Assembly (NCBI GenBank): GCA_004764695.1
Contig: SMSO01000031.1
Location: 1,216,436 to 1,280,435 of the forward strand
Length of the DNA: 64,000 bases
From: Schizochytrium sp. TIO01
Lineage: Eukaryota; Protista; Bigyra: Labyrinthulomycetes
Direction: 5' to 3'
A program made the translations under genes and the position numbers. This document shows positions 43,249-57,900 of this stretch, piece by piece; the first letter of the stretch is position 1; each line of letters begins with the position of its first letter. The notes below the pieces were generated by a model. The model made no database searches. It was not told where the DNA came from and was given only the letters and a program-made list of their open reading frames with translations.

Positions 43249-44839
43249 TTCTTTCTTCTGCAAACGAAAAAACTGAAGAGAGGGCACTTCAGTCCTTTTC
43301 CCGCAAGTTTCAATTGTACTCTTATTTAAACAGAGGTTGCTCTTTTTTTTCCTTTTTTTTTTTTTTAGAAGAAAAAAAACCAAATACTCTGTATTGTTCA
43401 AGAGAATCTAAAGGATGTGCTGTTGAGAGAGAGCCTCTCTTCTGTTGTTCTCTTTTTGGTTTGACTCCACAGCAATCAGTTTCCCTTTTACTGTTCAATT
43501 AGTTTCTACAAGCTTTTAATTGATAGATTAGACATCTAATTAAAAAAAATTAACCAATTAGACATAGTGGAAGACAAAGGCGAACTTCTCAAGATTAGAA
43601 AGTTCTATACTCAACGGGGCTCAGAAAGCACGCCACTTGAATATCCTTTTATGTATTCATCATTGAACATACTCTAGAGAATGCAACTAGAGAACAAAGG
43701 ACCACACCAAACAAATTAAGCAGACCGATGAGCCATATAGGCCACGTCAATTGAAATCATCAATGTGTAAATAAATGCAACTCACCTCTCAGTGTTTCCA
43801 TCCAACTGCTATCTAGCTATTTCCAAGCACCATCCAATCAGGGACAGCCAAGCAAAGAATTAAATGAGTAAATTAAGTAAGTAGGTAAGGGAATCAATCA
43901 ATCAAACGGTAAGTTGATTGTAAGCCTAGCGATACCAGACATTTCGTTCGTAGATAGATAGTAGATAGATAGAAAGCGCGGTTCACATCGCCTAAGATCA
44001 ACAAATAAAACAACTTGTTAATAAAAAACGAATCATGGTTCCTGCCTCGTTGTGCGTAGTAGAGCCTGTTTTTCAGAAATAGATGATTTTCTCAAGAAAG
44101 AAAAAAGAAAGAGTCTGTTAGGTGGGGGTTTAAGTGATTGAGTGTGCGAAAATCATTTTTGTAATAACTTCGCGAGGGTCGCTAAACTGTCGAGAGGAGA
44201 GTCTCGGTATGGGAGGTTGAATCGAAGCGATGAATCAATGAATCGATCGATCTCAGAAACCTCCCGCTCTAAGGCGCTCCCTCGAGATTGCTTTGTTCTT
44301 TTTCTTCATGAGTATCCACGCTGGTGAATATTGAAAGTTGTTCAGGATTTCCAACTTCTGTATAAATAAATCGTTTGGACAGCGGTTTATTCAATTCCAG
44401 TTCTTTCTTTCTTGACTGCGTGAGCGAGAGAGATCGATTTTGCGAAATCGATCGGTGCTAAAAATAAATCGATCGGATCGATCGACAGTAAATTGATCTC
44501 CATTGCTGCTGCAATGATGGCTGAACACTGAGCACGTCTGATCAATTGGTTGGTGTGGACGGACTCCTCTCTCTCCACGCAGATGCAGCAGCAGATGCAG
44601 AAGCAGAAGCAGTGGCTTTCGAGACGCAATTAAATAATACCAACGAATTATATTTAATTAAAAAAAAACAAAAAAACATTGTAGTAGCTACTACGAAGGT
44701 GTACCTTCCTTTGTTTCTTCCATTGTTTCTTTGTCTCTTTGACCTAAAAGCAAATCACTTGTTGCTTGAATGGTCAATCGTGGTGGATTGACAAGTGAAG
44801 ACGATCGCCTGCGTGCGTGAGTGAGGGAATGAATGAGTA

Positions 44840-44878
44840 ACTGACTAACTGACTGACTGACTGACTGACTGACTGACT
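44840..44878. repeat. (ACTG)n microsatellite
   Basis: Seen directly. Confidence 0.9.
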
Positions 44879-46492
44879 AATGATCTATTGGGGCGTGGGA
44901 AGTCCGACGTGGATGGCCTCCGCGGACTAGCTAGCTAGCTTCATCGATGGATAGAAAGTCAGGACTGGGTTTCCAACTTGGCTGGTTTCTAATGCTTTCA
45001 GCATTATATATATCATTGATTACACAGTTATTGCTGCCAGGTAAAAAAGAAATTAAGAAATTAAGAAATTAAGAAACTAAGAATTTTAGAAATTTGGATA
45101 GAAAGAAAGAAAGACCCAAGCATTTAAGCATATTAAATAAGCACGTGAACAATGTTAAAAGTCAGTAGATAAGTAGGCAAGCACGGCCTGATTCGACGGC
45201 TGCGAAGATACATACATCCATGCAAAGTATGTTTACAAATTCATTTCTCCACTCGGCGGAGTAGAAGTCAAAGAAACGGGCCCTGAGCTGCGTGGAATAT
45301 GTATGAGCCGCTCCACGACTACGATAGAAGTTCAAGAGAAGTGCGATGGGCTCAACGAAAACCACCACTTCTTCTGCAACATTTCAGAAATGGAAAAGGA
45401 AAGAAAGACACGGGTCACACAGAAAGACCTCTGTCTAAATCTATTTATTTCTCCATCTGTCTCTCTACTTAGCGCTTACTTAATAAAGGCAGAAAAGAAA
45501 ACAGGTAATTGAATGAAGAAACGAAGGCCTCGAACCACGACAAAAAAGCGAAGCACGCGATCAAAGCAGAGCCAAAGCTGCTCAAGGTCTTCTTCCTTCG
45601 ACACACGGCTGCAGACTTACTAACTTTACTTAAATACCTACTTATTTCATTAATTAGTTAATTAGTTAATTAATTAATTAATTCATCATTCCAAGTCAAA
45701 GTCTGCCGGGAAGAACCCCGTGTCGTGGGGATCGTGCAAAGCAAACAAACTGTGAAGGTATCTACACTTGGATTTCTTGACGGAAACAAACCATCGATCG
45801 ATCAGGCGGAGCGAAAGAAAGGAAGAGCGCCAAGTGTGTGAAGGTGAGAGAAGAGAAGAGCAGAGAAGAGAAGAGAAGGCCTGCAAAGCAAGCAAACTCT
45901 TAGCATGCACTAGTTGGGTAGTAGCGCTAGGGAGCATCGAAAAGAATTGATAAAAGAAATCGTTATCGAGATAGTGAAAGCACAGAGTTGATTGATTGGT
46001 CCAACAAACGGAAAGCAAGAAAGTCGAACTTTGCAGGGAACTAAGAATTCGCTTCCTCACTTTCGCAATCGAACTCGCGTGTCTTTCTGTTCTCGCTCTT
46101 ATTTGCTTCTTTGTTTATTTATTTATTTATTTATTAACTTATTTGTAAACTTATTTGTTGCTTTGTGGCTTTGTTTGTTTGTTTATTTATTACAAAAAGA
46201 GCGACGCGTTACTGCGCTGTTTGGATTGTCTCGCCTTGAAGAGCAGAGCAAGAAAGCACGTACATCCCTCGCTTCGTTTGTTTATTTATTTGTTTATTTC
46301 ACCAGAGCCAATTGAGCGATGGAGATTTCCAGGAGTCCTTGCCTCTGGTGGACAGCGCGTGCTCTTCTTCATGGCGAGGGCTCCACTTCGTTGGAGGATT
46401 CATTCGAGGCGGCAGCAAGCGATGGAACTATGGAGCGCAGAAATGGACTCAGGTAGAAGAATAATGGATTCCGTGCGTCGGGCTTTCCAGGG

Positions 46493-46547
46493 ATCGAATC
46501 AATCGAACCATTCACTCCAATCGAATCAATCGAACCATTCGCTCCGT
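46493..46547. repeat. 27-bp tandem duplication (atcgaatcaatcgaaccattc[a/g]ctcc)
   Basis: Two near-identical copies. Confidence 0.85.
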
Positions 46548-49500
46548 CAACCGCTTCAGCCAAACCTGGAGCAGCATCGCCAACAACGTTGGATTGCACT
46601 GCGGCACCTTTTTGTAAAGCGCACGCGCACAGAGCGATGCATATTCTATAGATATAGATATAGATATATGCATAATTGATAGAAAATACAGACATATGAC
46701 ACGCATGATTTGTTGGCATGAAGAGCATTGAAGCCGAGTCTGCAAATTCGAGCCAGAGGATCGCTCGCTTAATTAAGGTTGCAATTTGAAGCTAAAACTG
46801 CCACCAAGGGAGCTTGTGTCTTGAGCCGCACAAGTGAAGCTTGCTAAAGCGACACGTAAGCACAGCAGCGGCGTTTTGTGTGCGCTGCAGGTGTTCACCA
46901 CCTATGCGTCATTGATTGTTCTTTTGTTTGCCTCCATTACACACGCATAGGTACATATATACATATATCATGTGATGTGATCCATTTGGAGAACCAATTG
47001 TGAATTCATTTCCATGAAAAGTACGTGTAAGTGACAAATAAGTCTGATCTCGCGATGAATATATTATATATGTTGTTGCTGCTGCTGCTGCATTTCGTGG
47101 AAGTGGGCAGTCCACTGGGCCGTCTCATTGTCTGACTAATGACGAACTGACTGACTGAGTGACTGAATGCACGAGCGATCGAATGGCTGTGCTTCGTGGC
47201 ACGGTCCTCGCAAGAGCAGCAGCAGCCACTCTGACTCGCATCCCCAACGACGATTGCACCAATTGGCAACAGCACGCTCCAGGATTTCCTTCCTCAGCGC
47301 TGCGAAGATGGCGCACGTTTTATTTATTTATTTGTTTATTTATTTGTTTGTTTGTTTGTTTTAGGTTTATTTGTCAAGTTTGTTTGTTTATATGTTCAAG
47401 TCTATATATTTGGTTAAGATTGTTAGATTGCTTGTTATTTGTTCAAGTTTATTAGTTCAAGTAAGTTTGTTTGTTTGTTTGATTGATTGATTGATTGTCT
47501 GGTTGTTTTCTTTGTTCTTGTTTTCTATTTGTTTGTCTTCCGTAACATTCCTTTCCTCACATCACATTAACCGCATTAGAAAGACGGAAAACGGGAAGAA
47601 TGAATCACACAGAAAGTAAGAAGAAAAAAAAAAAAAAGCTGAAAAAACTCATTCCAGGATGATCGATGAAATCAATCAGTCTCGCGAAGCGGGCAAATGT
47701 CGCAGCCTGGAAGCGCCTCTGCCGCGAGTTCGCCATCAGCCCCGCCTCCTTCTTCCGCCCACGCTGTGTGTGATCTGTTTTTTTTAAAGAAGAGTTTGCG
47801 AACCTCCGCAATGTACGACTCACTCCTCAATGTCTCCCGTGTGGCAGGCACTTGCACAAGAGCAGGATATCCATCTTTTTTACTAACGAGGACTAGCCGA
47901 CTCGTAGCCTTGAGAAGATAGACGGATTATAAGTACATGGAAGACGCGCGTCTTTTATGTTGTTTTTTCCCTTCGCGGCCTTTTCTTTCTGTGTTGTTGT
48001 AAAACACTGCGATGAACGTCGTTGTGCGCAGTGCAAAGAAATGCAATGCAATGCAATGCAATGCATTGCATCGATAAAGACGACGCCGACTTGGCCGGAG
48101 GAGGACTCCGAAGGTTGCTTCTTTGGCTTCGGCGAGCGAAGAAAACGCCAACAACTGGGGCAGGCAGAGCTGCGCTCCTACGGACTGTGCAGAGGTCCCG
48201 TGCAGCTCAAGATTGCATCTTAGTTCTGCAACTTTCTACCGCCAACGCGGTCTTCGTTTCTCTCCAGCCGGGGCGTTCTCGAGCATCTTTGGGCACAAGG
48301 CGCGATGGCACACGCTCCGGAGCAACGACGGACCCGGGGCAGCAGGAATGGACTTCTGCGAGGCACGGCGAGGTGGCCGGCTTCTTGCTGAGCTTGACAA
48401 CCAACAAGAGGCAAGCAAATCAATGCTCACGCCGCGGCACGAAGGTTGCCCATTGAAATTGCAGCCGTCTTTTGGACCACAACATATAATAACCCTAAAA
48501 CTTGAGACATATGATGATCACATCGAGATAGATAGAGAGATAGATGCCAAGAACAAGGGTGATAACTCTGCGGAAGTGACACAGTTTAGCTCACGAGTTG
48601 TGTGTTCCTAAACGTTGGGTGCGGTGGCAGCGAGAATGTGACATCCAAAAGGGTCAAGAAGAAGAAGAAGAAGAAGAAGTTGCTTGAATTGGCGGGGCAC
48701 ATACATTGAAGATGAATATGATGATTGGCAGACAGAGATCGTGCGTTGAAGTGGAGCTGAGCGCGAGACGCTACAGAGGCAAATGCTGAGACTCTCGAAT
48801 AAATGCCTCATTTCTCAGATCAATTCGATGACGATCCACTTAGTGGTCAACCTTTTCCACAGATCAGGTTCGCAAATTCGAAGCGTTGGAATCTCGAATC
48901 AAGGTTGTGATGAGATTATTTCGTAGCATCGCCAATATTAACTGGCATTCAATAAAGAAAGCATCGCCTTCAGAGCGAGCGTACTGGCAGTACCGTGCCC
49001 GATTGTTTTGCTGACGTGTCCATGTGCGCAAATAACGGTATATAGTGCGGAGATCTTGGAGTACGTACCCCGGCAGCATCCATCCTTCAGAGGTACCTGC
49101 TGATGCACTGACTGCACCTTTCCCTATCTCTAGAGGTTCTTTCAGTTAAGAAAACAATACCTTCAGTTCATGACCTTTTCTCTTTCTTTGTCTTTAGACG
49201 CCCTCCCTCATGTTTTCTGATTTTTTTAAAACTAAAATTGATACTTTGTTTTGTTATAAGAACGTTAAAAGGTTTTCATAGAGGCAACTGTTCCACTGAA
49301 AAGAACAGAAATGGGAATATGACCACCAAGATGGGAGGAGGCATCGTGACATGATACTCACTTCTCTCGCATACTTAGTTTCGTAAAAATGATTACTTAC
49401 TTCTTACTTGCTTCGCCTCTTTCGCCATCTACGTACCTACTACTGTTTGTTGTAATCACTGAGCGACCTGAACACACACTCACTCATAAGGCGAGAAATG

Positions 49501-50498
49501 TAAGCGCCGTAGCACAAAGTATTCCGAAATCTTTATGAAAGAACTAGGTACTTTGGTGGCTCTACTAAGCAGTCTCAGTCGCTTACTGTTCTAAAGAGCC
49601 GCTCTTTCTTTCTTTCTTTCTTTCAATCAATCAATCCACTGTCGCAGAGTGTGGTTCACGCCAACGTTCTGATCGCCTCCAGTTCGTATTCTTGAAGAAC
49701 AATCCCAAACAAAGCCCGATCGATCTCCACGATTGGTTGTCGAGGAAGTGCTTCATGATGGACGATGATATTAATTCACTCCTCTCGGCGTGAAAGAAAG
49801 AATGTCGATTTTTTTTTTTCTTCAGGTCTTGGCTTTTCTTAATTGGGGCGAAAGGGTGAAGGAAGGACCCGCATATATATACTACACTAGATATTAGACA
49901 CATTAGACGCCGCACTAACGCCTCACTAGAGATCCGCATTCTTCCTACAGAGCGCCAGAGCGCCTTAAAAACCAATGGAACAAGATTGAGCGACTTACTC
50001 GTGAGGGGACTGCGAGCCAGATGAGGGAAGAAGAGGTCCTCTTCTTTCTTCTGTTCGACTCTTATCTGCTCTGCCTTTGCTCGAGTAAGAGAGGTTTTAT
50101 TATTATTATTTTTTATTATTTTTTATTTTTTTTAATGTAAGCGGCGACGAAGTTTTGTTCGTAAAGGTAGATGGTTCTACGAGAGCAAAGCCTTTGGATG
50201 GGATGGTGGATGTGCACAGATACGAAGAGGACGTCTGCAGAACTTCTCGTTATGGCGTAATCATAAACACTCAGCGAGCAGAAACAGCGGCAAGAACAAG
50301 AAACAAGGAAACTGGTTCATTTTAGATGCGGAGGCTGTGCATTTTTTCATATATTAATGGCTTCTTTCTTTCTATTCACTCATTCTTTCATCCGCCTTCG
50401 TTCTTCTTAAACCAAAATGTTCTTACATTTAGTACTTTGTAAATATTATTTAGAGAGGGCAAAAACTAATGATGTGCATCAGAAAAGGGGGAAATCTC

Positions 50499-50530
50499 TT
50501 TCTTCTTCTTCTTCTTCTTCTTCTTCTTCT
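50499..50530. repeat. (TTC)n microsatellite
   Basis: Seen directly. Confidence 0.9.
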
Positions 50531-53500
50531 TTTTAACTTTTTAAAATAATAAATAATAAATCAGGGAAAAGACTCCAGGAAATCAGTTCTGTTTAATTAA
50601 AGAGGCCATCATCGCCTCCTCGAGACAGAACAGCGTTTTCTAGCGTTCGTGGGAGCGCGCGCCGATGTTTCCGCGTGCTCCGACGTTTACAGGAATGTAG
50701 AGAGACCGCCGCCGCGGTATCATAGAAAGAGACCCTCTTTGCCAGCGAGCTTCAAGTTCTTTCAAGGAGGCCTCCACTACTTTACGTGGAGATGGACTTG
50801 CAGTAGCACCTACTTATCTACCTACTAGGTAGGAGGTTCTCTTTCCTCACTTCTGACTAAACAATCCATTTTAGTTTATTTTTTGGTTTTCAGTTTTAGG
50901 TTTTCAGCTTTTTAATTGCATGTTCTATTTAAACGAAAGTTTGGCCTCTGCAAAAGTTATCGTTCGTTGTTGGGGGAAACGATGTCGCCGTGTAGAAGAA
51001 GGCACCATATGCGATGAGATAAACGAGCAAATGGTTCTGTTTTCGGTCAGCGAGGCGTAATCAGGACGTCCTGTCCACATGCATACGAGCTTCATTGTCC
51101 ATTTATGGAATCTTTACCCTTTTTTACATTTTTTTAAAAAGAGGAAAGCTCGAATCGGTTTCCAAAATAAGTTCGTTCACATGTGGACCTTTTCATTCTT
51201 CTTTCTCCTATTTGAACAGAGAGTAAAAGAAGACCTCTTTTGATGTTCCGTGCACATCAACAATCGTGAAAGGGAGCGCGCAAAGATTGAAAGCCCTCGA
51301 AGTGCCGAACCAACTAAGCCTAACTACTTATCCATTCTCCGAGGAGTACACAGCTCTGTGGGTCTGCATGAATAACTTCTGTTTGTGTGGGTGCGTATAA
51401 AATAACACGAAGCGGCCTCGTGCTGCTATTATATAATATGCACACCAAAGATCAAGACCAGCAAAAGCAGCATAACATCGAAGTTTCTCTGCCGCATATT
51501 CGATCAAATCACCGAAGAAGTGGCTAAAAGCAGCAGGAGATCAACAGCAGCACAATGGGAATTGAGTTTTAATTTTAGCTTAAGTTTGTTTCCTTCTGAA
51601 GATCGCTTTATACACGGATGATTTGCAAGCGAAGCACATTGAAGAAGCATTCAAGCTCGCCCCGGCTGCAAGAAGCAAGACCAAATCTTCCCGTCTTCCC
51701 GTTCGCGTCGTATTATAAAGTAATACCGAGAACACTTGACGTCGAGGAGATGGCGAAGCCGTGTATTTGCATTCAGAAGCAGTCTTCGCGCCTGAAGAAA
51801 CGAAATGAGCGACGCAAACTCATGCAAGAAAGCGAAACGAAAGCGAAACGACGAATGGACAGACAGACAGACAGGAATTAATGCGTAAAGCAGTGCTAAC
51901 CTAAATTCACTGAGCATCTTTATTTATTCAAGACTCGCCCCGAGGACGTGGGAAAAGGAAGGCCTGCGTACGACGATGTCTTTGACCACGCGAGCAATCG
52001 GGAACGATTCTGAACAACTGTTTCCCAATTTACTTATTTCTCATTTTGTTTCAAAACTGGCGATTTCATTTTGCAAAACTTCGAATCGACCTTTCGAAGA
52101 AGATGGAAAAGAGAACGAATTCCGCTCCGTGGTTTTCAAGCATGCATCAATGCATCCATCAATGAATCAATCCATAAACATAATACCAGCTTTACTCTGG
52201 AAGCAGCTGAATTAGAAACCATCGTCCCTTGGCACGCTCGCTCGCCTCTTCGCAAAGTAAGGGGAATGAAGCTCGGCTCCGTCTCGAAAGCGAGCGTCTT
52301 CTCTTCTCGATGACCCGGCCGCGTTCTTGCCCGCTACTATTGCTCGTCGAGCAGAAATAAAGAAAATAAGAGCAGAATGCGACTTCTTTCTTTCTCTTTG
52401 ATGCTTCAACTCAGCAGAGCGTTTCGGGTTCACCTGCGGAGTTAGTTAGTGATCACAGACACAAAGAGAAACATCGAAAACTAAGAAAAACAAACAAGCT
52501 ATTTCAGTTCTTTGCACCCCACCGCCGTGAAAGGAACAGACAGCCCTTGGCCAAACGAACTAAGCTCTGAGGAACAAGAAGAAATAAATATCTCTTTCGA
52601 GTGTTATTCTGAGTCAATCTGCAATATCTGAGCGTGGAGGAGCGGCCTTTACCCTCGCTGTGTGGATAAAAGAACGAAAGAAACTATCTCCTGAAGAGGC
52701 CTTTTCTGCAACTGAGACGAGGGCAAAATTGCAAGAATCAAGCTCAGGCTTTATGGCAGCTGCGTCCCCGAACGTAATCCCGAAGAAGATCTGAGGCAAG
52801 AAGCATCCTGGTCAGGGCTCCCCTCAATTCGTTCAATATCACGCTGTTCATCCCAGGACATGCATTTATTTCAATGCTGCATTATGTGTGTTAAAATAAT
52901 AAACTTTGTTTCTTCTAGCTGGTGATTTTTCTTTTGTTTAAATAATAATGAAAATGCAAAAATTGAAAGCACGCACTTTCTGCTTTGATCTTGGTTAATT
53001 GAAAATTTGCTCCAAGAGGGTCTCGAAACTTACTTTTGCTTTCTTTGGACTGGAGACTCCAACAACCCAAACCAGATCCCTTTTTTTTTTCTTTTCTCTG
53101 TTGAGTAGTGATGAGAAACTTATTTAATTTAAAAGCTCTGCATTACATTGCAATTGAAGAAAAAAATGTGGTCATGTCGACTTTAAAACAAGAAAAGAGA
53201 GTGTTACTTTGCCTATATTCCATATAGTAATTTTAAACTTTAAAAATTGTAAATGGCTGGCACCGAAGGGTGGTCGGTTCTGGTGGAGCTCGATTTCGAA
53301 GTTAGAATATCACATAATAATGATAATGATGGTAGGTACTACAGAAAGTTCACGAACTATTTGATGTCCGAAGATAGATTCAGGCTGCCTCGATTGTTAA
53401 CTCGTGGCACCAATAGAGAGTTAGTTAGTCTCAATCGTCGCTTTGAAATTGGTGGATTTGACATTTCATGGCTTCATTGTTAGCTTTGCAGAGGTCTTAC

Positions 53501-54876
53501 AGAGAAACGCACGTTCAGGTCGAGTTTGTGAACATGTTTCCACCGAAGACTCTTTACTATTGAACATTTGAGATGGACTTGAGTTTGCCCTCATTACGGT
53601 GCATTCGAGCAATATTAATACGTGTTTCATAACCTGCTCTGTGAATACGTCTTTTGCAAAGCACAAGGGCTCGAGAAATAAGTTCACAAGCTTTCACATT
53701 CTATGCAAAGTCTAAAAAGAAGAAGCTTTCCTACAGCGATCTTTGTTCCTGCGAAAATCAGGAAAGTGGCATTCGCCCAAATACAGTTCGAGGTTTCGTG
53801 TGTTTGTATTAATGAGCAGATTGCGGTTAGTTTCATCGCTCGAGAGGGAGATCGTTATAGGTCATGCTACGGTGGGACCAGCACGAAATAATTACGACAG
53901 CAGATCGTGAAAGACACTTTGGGGTTGCATTAAAGCACTCGTAGAGAAAATGCTTGATTAAATGACCGGTGATATGTCTTGTTGGATAACCGAGAAGGGC
54001 TGAAGCAAGCAAATTCAATTTTGAAGCCATCGTGTATCCTCTGATACTATGTGTGTTGAATTGAAGTTGCTAGTCAGGATTTTGAATGAATGTTCGCAGT
54101 CTGTGGTACTATTCTCGTGAATGATGCTCTGCAAAGGGGAAAGATGAGTCCTTGTCTTTAATTTATAAAATTTAATTCCTTTCCTCCCTTGGTTTGAGCT
54201 TAGCCGAAGATATCATCGTTTATTTTCAATTAAGATTAAAGAACGTATTTTCGTTCTATTCCTGTTTAACACCTCTTCTTTTCTTTTTAATATAAAAAGA
54301 AGAAAAAGAACTTAGTTACTCCTTTCATGCCAAATGTTTAAAAATTAAGGTCAATTAAACTTTTGAAAACACTCGTCACTTTTTAAAATAACATCATAAT
54401 TAGAACATTTATGCTTAAACTTAAAATCCTAGCAAGAGCATCGGCAGAAGAAGAAAAAAAAAAACAGGGGGGGAAAAGGGAAAAAAGGAAAAAAAAAATT
54501 AGAAAAAGGAATCGCTATCTCATCTAATGCTCTCTACTGTGTAGGTACTTTATGATAAGCTGAGTAGGTACTACTTCCGAAGAAGAGCGGGAATGAAGGA
54601 GTGAGTTCCCACCTTTAAACTTCCTGCTTATTTTCGAGTATGCTGTGCCCGCACTTAAGGCTAACCGTAGGCCCCGCTAAGCACACCCAATCCCATCGAT
54701 TCGCCTCACTGAAAGCCAATCGACTAAAGGAACCACAGCACAGACAGAGAGACTATGCATCTATCTATATACATTGTTTTATTTATTCATTTATTTATTT
54801 ATCCATTCATTCACTTGCACAGAAAGAGAATGTAGGTCCTTCTTTTTCTTTATTTATCTGTTTTTAGAGGTTCTGA

Positions 54877-54988
54877 TTTGTTTGTTTGTTTGTTTGTTTG
54901 TTTGTTTGTTTGTTTGTTTGTTTGTTTGTTTGTTTGTTTGTTTGTTTGTTTGTTTGTTTGTTTGTTTGTTTGTTTGTTTGTTTGTTTG
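54877..54988. repeat. (TTTG)28 perfect microsatellite
   Basis: Counted from sequence. Confidence 0.95.
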
Positions 54989-57900
54989 TCTGTCGCTTTG
55001 ATTGATTGTGCAGGAAGGTATCGCTCAGATTGACTGATTACAAGTTTGTATAAGTGAATCAATGGATCAGCAACAGGCACAGAGCTAATTCCACCAAGGC
55101 GGTATCCAATTGGCCTGAGCTCGCATTCACTCCTGTGGCGACCTTTTCTCTTTTTTGAGACGGGCACTGGGCCGCAGCCATTTATTCCACTCGCAACACA
55201 ACCAACGCGGGTTCTGTTCGATTTAATCCATCTATACATGGCCCCGTACTTTGATGATAAAAATTCGTAGACACCAATCAACCCATAAACAGTGAAACGG
55301 CGCAGCGCGTGTGAATAAAATAAAAGGAAATGAGCAAATGCCAAGTCCCAATGCGGATTCGCGCGCGGAAAAAAGACCCTCGGTCTTTGCGTATAATGCT
55401 GTGTCGTCGTCATTCGTAAACTACGTACGCGCTCGAAATCGGGAAGATTGCGGTGGACTGACTTTTGCTGCATTATTCTTACGACGTCTCGCAAGTTTCA
55501 ACGAAGGTAACAGAAAAGCAAATTGAAAGCTTCCGCCCAATTTATTCATCATTGTCATCTTTCGTGCTCTTCTGCTTAAGCCTGAGCGACACTTCCATTG
55601 TGTCTTTCCTGTACTCCGTGCACTAATTCTGACGATTCGTTCATTGAAGCTATTGAATGAAGAAGGTAAGTTATCTTTGGGTGGAGTGAGGTCTGAGTCT
55701 TCGCATGCCAGCGGAAGAAGTCTGTCGCAGCGGCTGTATGTTTGGAAATACGATGCGGACTGACCTGGATTGGCGGCCGAAGAGAGCACAGCTTCGTTTC
55801 ATTTGGTGCTCCTACATGAAAGTAGGCCGTGAAAGGATGAAAGTCTGAGCGAGCTGTCTCCTGTTCCCAAGAAAAGAACAGATCGTTCCTTTAAGGCCGC
55901 AGAGCTGCTAGGACAAGGGCTCCACTACTAGGTGTTGCCTACGTTCTTTCTGCTGCTGTTCTTTTCCAAACACTGTGGTCTCTCATCAGTAAATGAATCG
56001 ATGAATGAATAATCAATCGATCAATTGAATAACAGAAGGAATGAGTAGATGAATAAATGGATCAATTAGGCTGCAGTCTGTTCTAAACAAAGCTTCTATC
56101 TGCGAGATATTGAGCGAAATGTGCTCAGTCGCACCTGCACAAGCCGATGCAGAAGGAGGTTGGGATGCACTGTCCTGCTCAGGGACGCATCCTCACACGC
56201 AGAAACCGATCGGATTCGTCGCCGCTTTGTGTCCCGAATGCCACGACCGACAAAGATGATTCTTCGGTGCAGTCCGATTATGTTCTTGACGACCCTTGAT
56301 TCAAGATAGCGTACAGGTACGTAGATAAGTAAAGAAAACAACTACGTCAGTAAGGAAGTAAATAAGTAGTGAATAACGTAAGTAAGTGCCTAACAAGTGA
56401 TGCCCGCGACGGCCAACGTAAAGAAAATTTGACGTTGTTTTGTTTGTTCTTGTTCTGCGCATTTGATTTTGGTTTCTTTTGTTCAAAGTCTGTTTTGTTC
56501 GTTTGTTGCCTTTTGCTTTATTTCAAAGTGCTCTCTACAAGCAGTCTATTTTTATAAATTAAAAACTTTCAAAATGCAGTTCTATCTAGTAGCAGATATA
56601 CGACGCTAGTTAGTTAAAAGTGAGGAACACCAGAACAAGTCGGCAAAAAAGAAACAAAGAAAGAAAGAAGGCCCTCAGAGATACGGAAAAACTTGACTCA
56701 TCAATCAGTCCACGCAGAAGAGAAATAAATGTCCAACGCATCGTCTCTTGAAGGGGCTCTTTCGCGATGGGCTCTTTCACGGTTCCCGTTCTCTTGAAAA
56801 GACTACTCTTCAAGAGACTCTTCAAGAGAGCCGTAGGCCGTGACCAAGACCAACAATAATTAATTCCGCGGTTGCTGGATGGAGGCTTGCTTTCCGAGTC
56901 CTTTCTCCGCTGGGAATGAGAATGCCGCGAAGTTTCAATCTCTTTGTCTGTCGTTGAGTCAGTCAGTCAGTTCAGTCAGCGCGTGCAGAATTCGAGAGGG
57001 CTTTGAGCGGTGAGATCATCGCTCGCTCATCATCTCTCAGGCATTCGCGTGCACGGTCCCTGAGGAAGGCAGGAACTGCAGAGAGAGGGAGAGGTCTGAG
57101 GAGGCTTTCAAGAAGACCTCGAAGAGAGTACGAAGTGCAAGCTGGTCAATCCATCGCCCCTCGTCTCTCGTTCGCATTCAAGGCGCGGCGGAGGTCCTCC
57201 AGCCCGTGCTTACGGTGCATCGCTGTCCTTCTGCTGCATTACATTGGTCCCGTTCTCTCTCCTTCTTCAATAAGTTCTGAAGAACTGTGTTTAGATTCTT
57301 TTATTATCAATCATCTTTTTAACAACGTTTTGCTTCTTATAGCAAAAATACTTTTATTAGAAATGAAACTCCAGCGCCCCAGGACTTGATATCTTTGGTG
57401 GTAGCACGCAGGGAGACACATCCTAGATGTCCAGATCCACAGTCGCGAGGTCTATTACTATTACTCTCCGGACGGGGAATGACGGAAAGCTGCGGAATTA
57501 AAGCGCACGAGCTCAAATCTTGAGTACGGAAGGCTCGTGCAGGAATGCGGCGAAGACGCATTTGTGTGAGCAGCATCAGCAGTGAATGAAGCTTGTTGCT
57601 TGCAGGGAAGAGGAGGTTTTTGCAGTGCAATGACTCGCGAATGCAAAGAAGCAAAATCGGTCGACGCGGAAGCCGAGGTTCGCGAAGTAATGTTTTCTGT
57701 CAGGGCGACTCGTGCTTTTAGCTGTAGGAACTCTAAAAGCGATCGTACGCTCAGTTTTCCCATTCTTCGATTGAAAGGCACTCTTGTGCTCGTGACTAGT
57801 GTCGCTATTCGGTAGCAGAATGCCTCAGAAAGACGTTCGGGAAGGTCGAAGAGTTCTAACGTGGTCTATGAAAGTCCTAAATATCTGCAGGTATTTCACA

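Noticed and set aside
48022-48611. Overlapping 144-162 aa ORFs in a GC-rich patch
   Set aside because: Several frames are open because of GC content; no motif recognised; non-ATG starts.
48864-49100. ICAHG peptide resembling a KDZ transposase CxHG motif
   Set aside because: Isolated short match with no other catalytic motifs or terminal repeats.
53253-54030. Cluster of 60-76 aa ORFs on both strands
   Set aside because: No consistent frame or family; cannot be distinguished from background.
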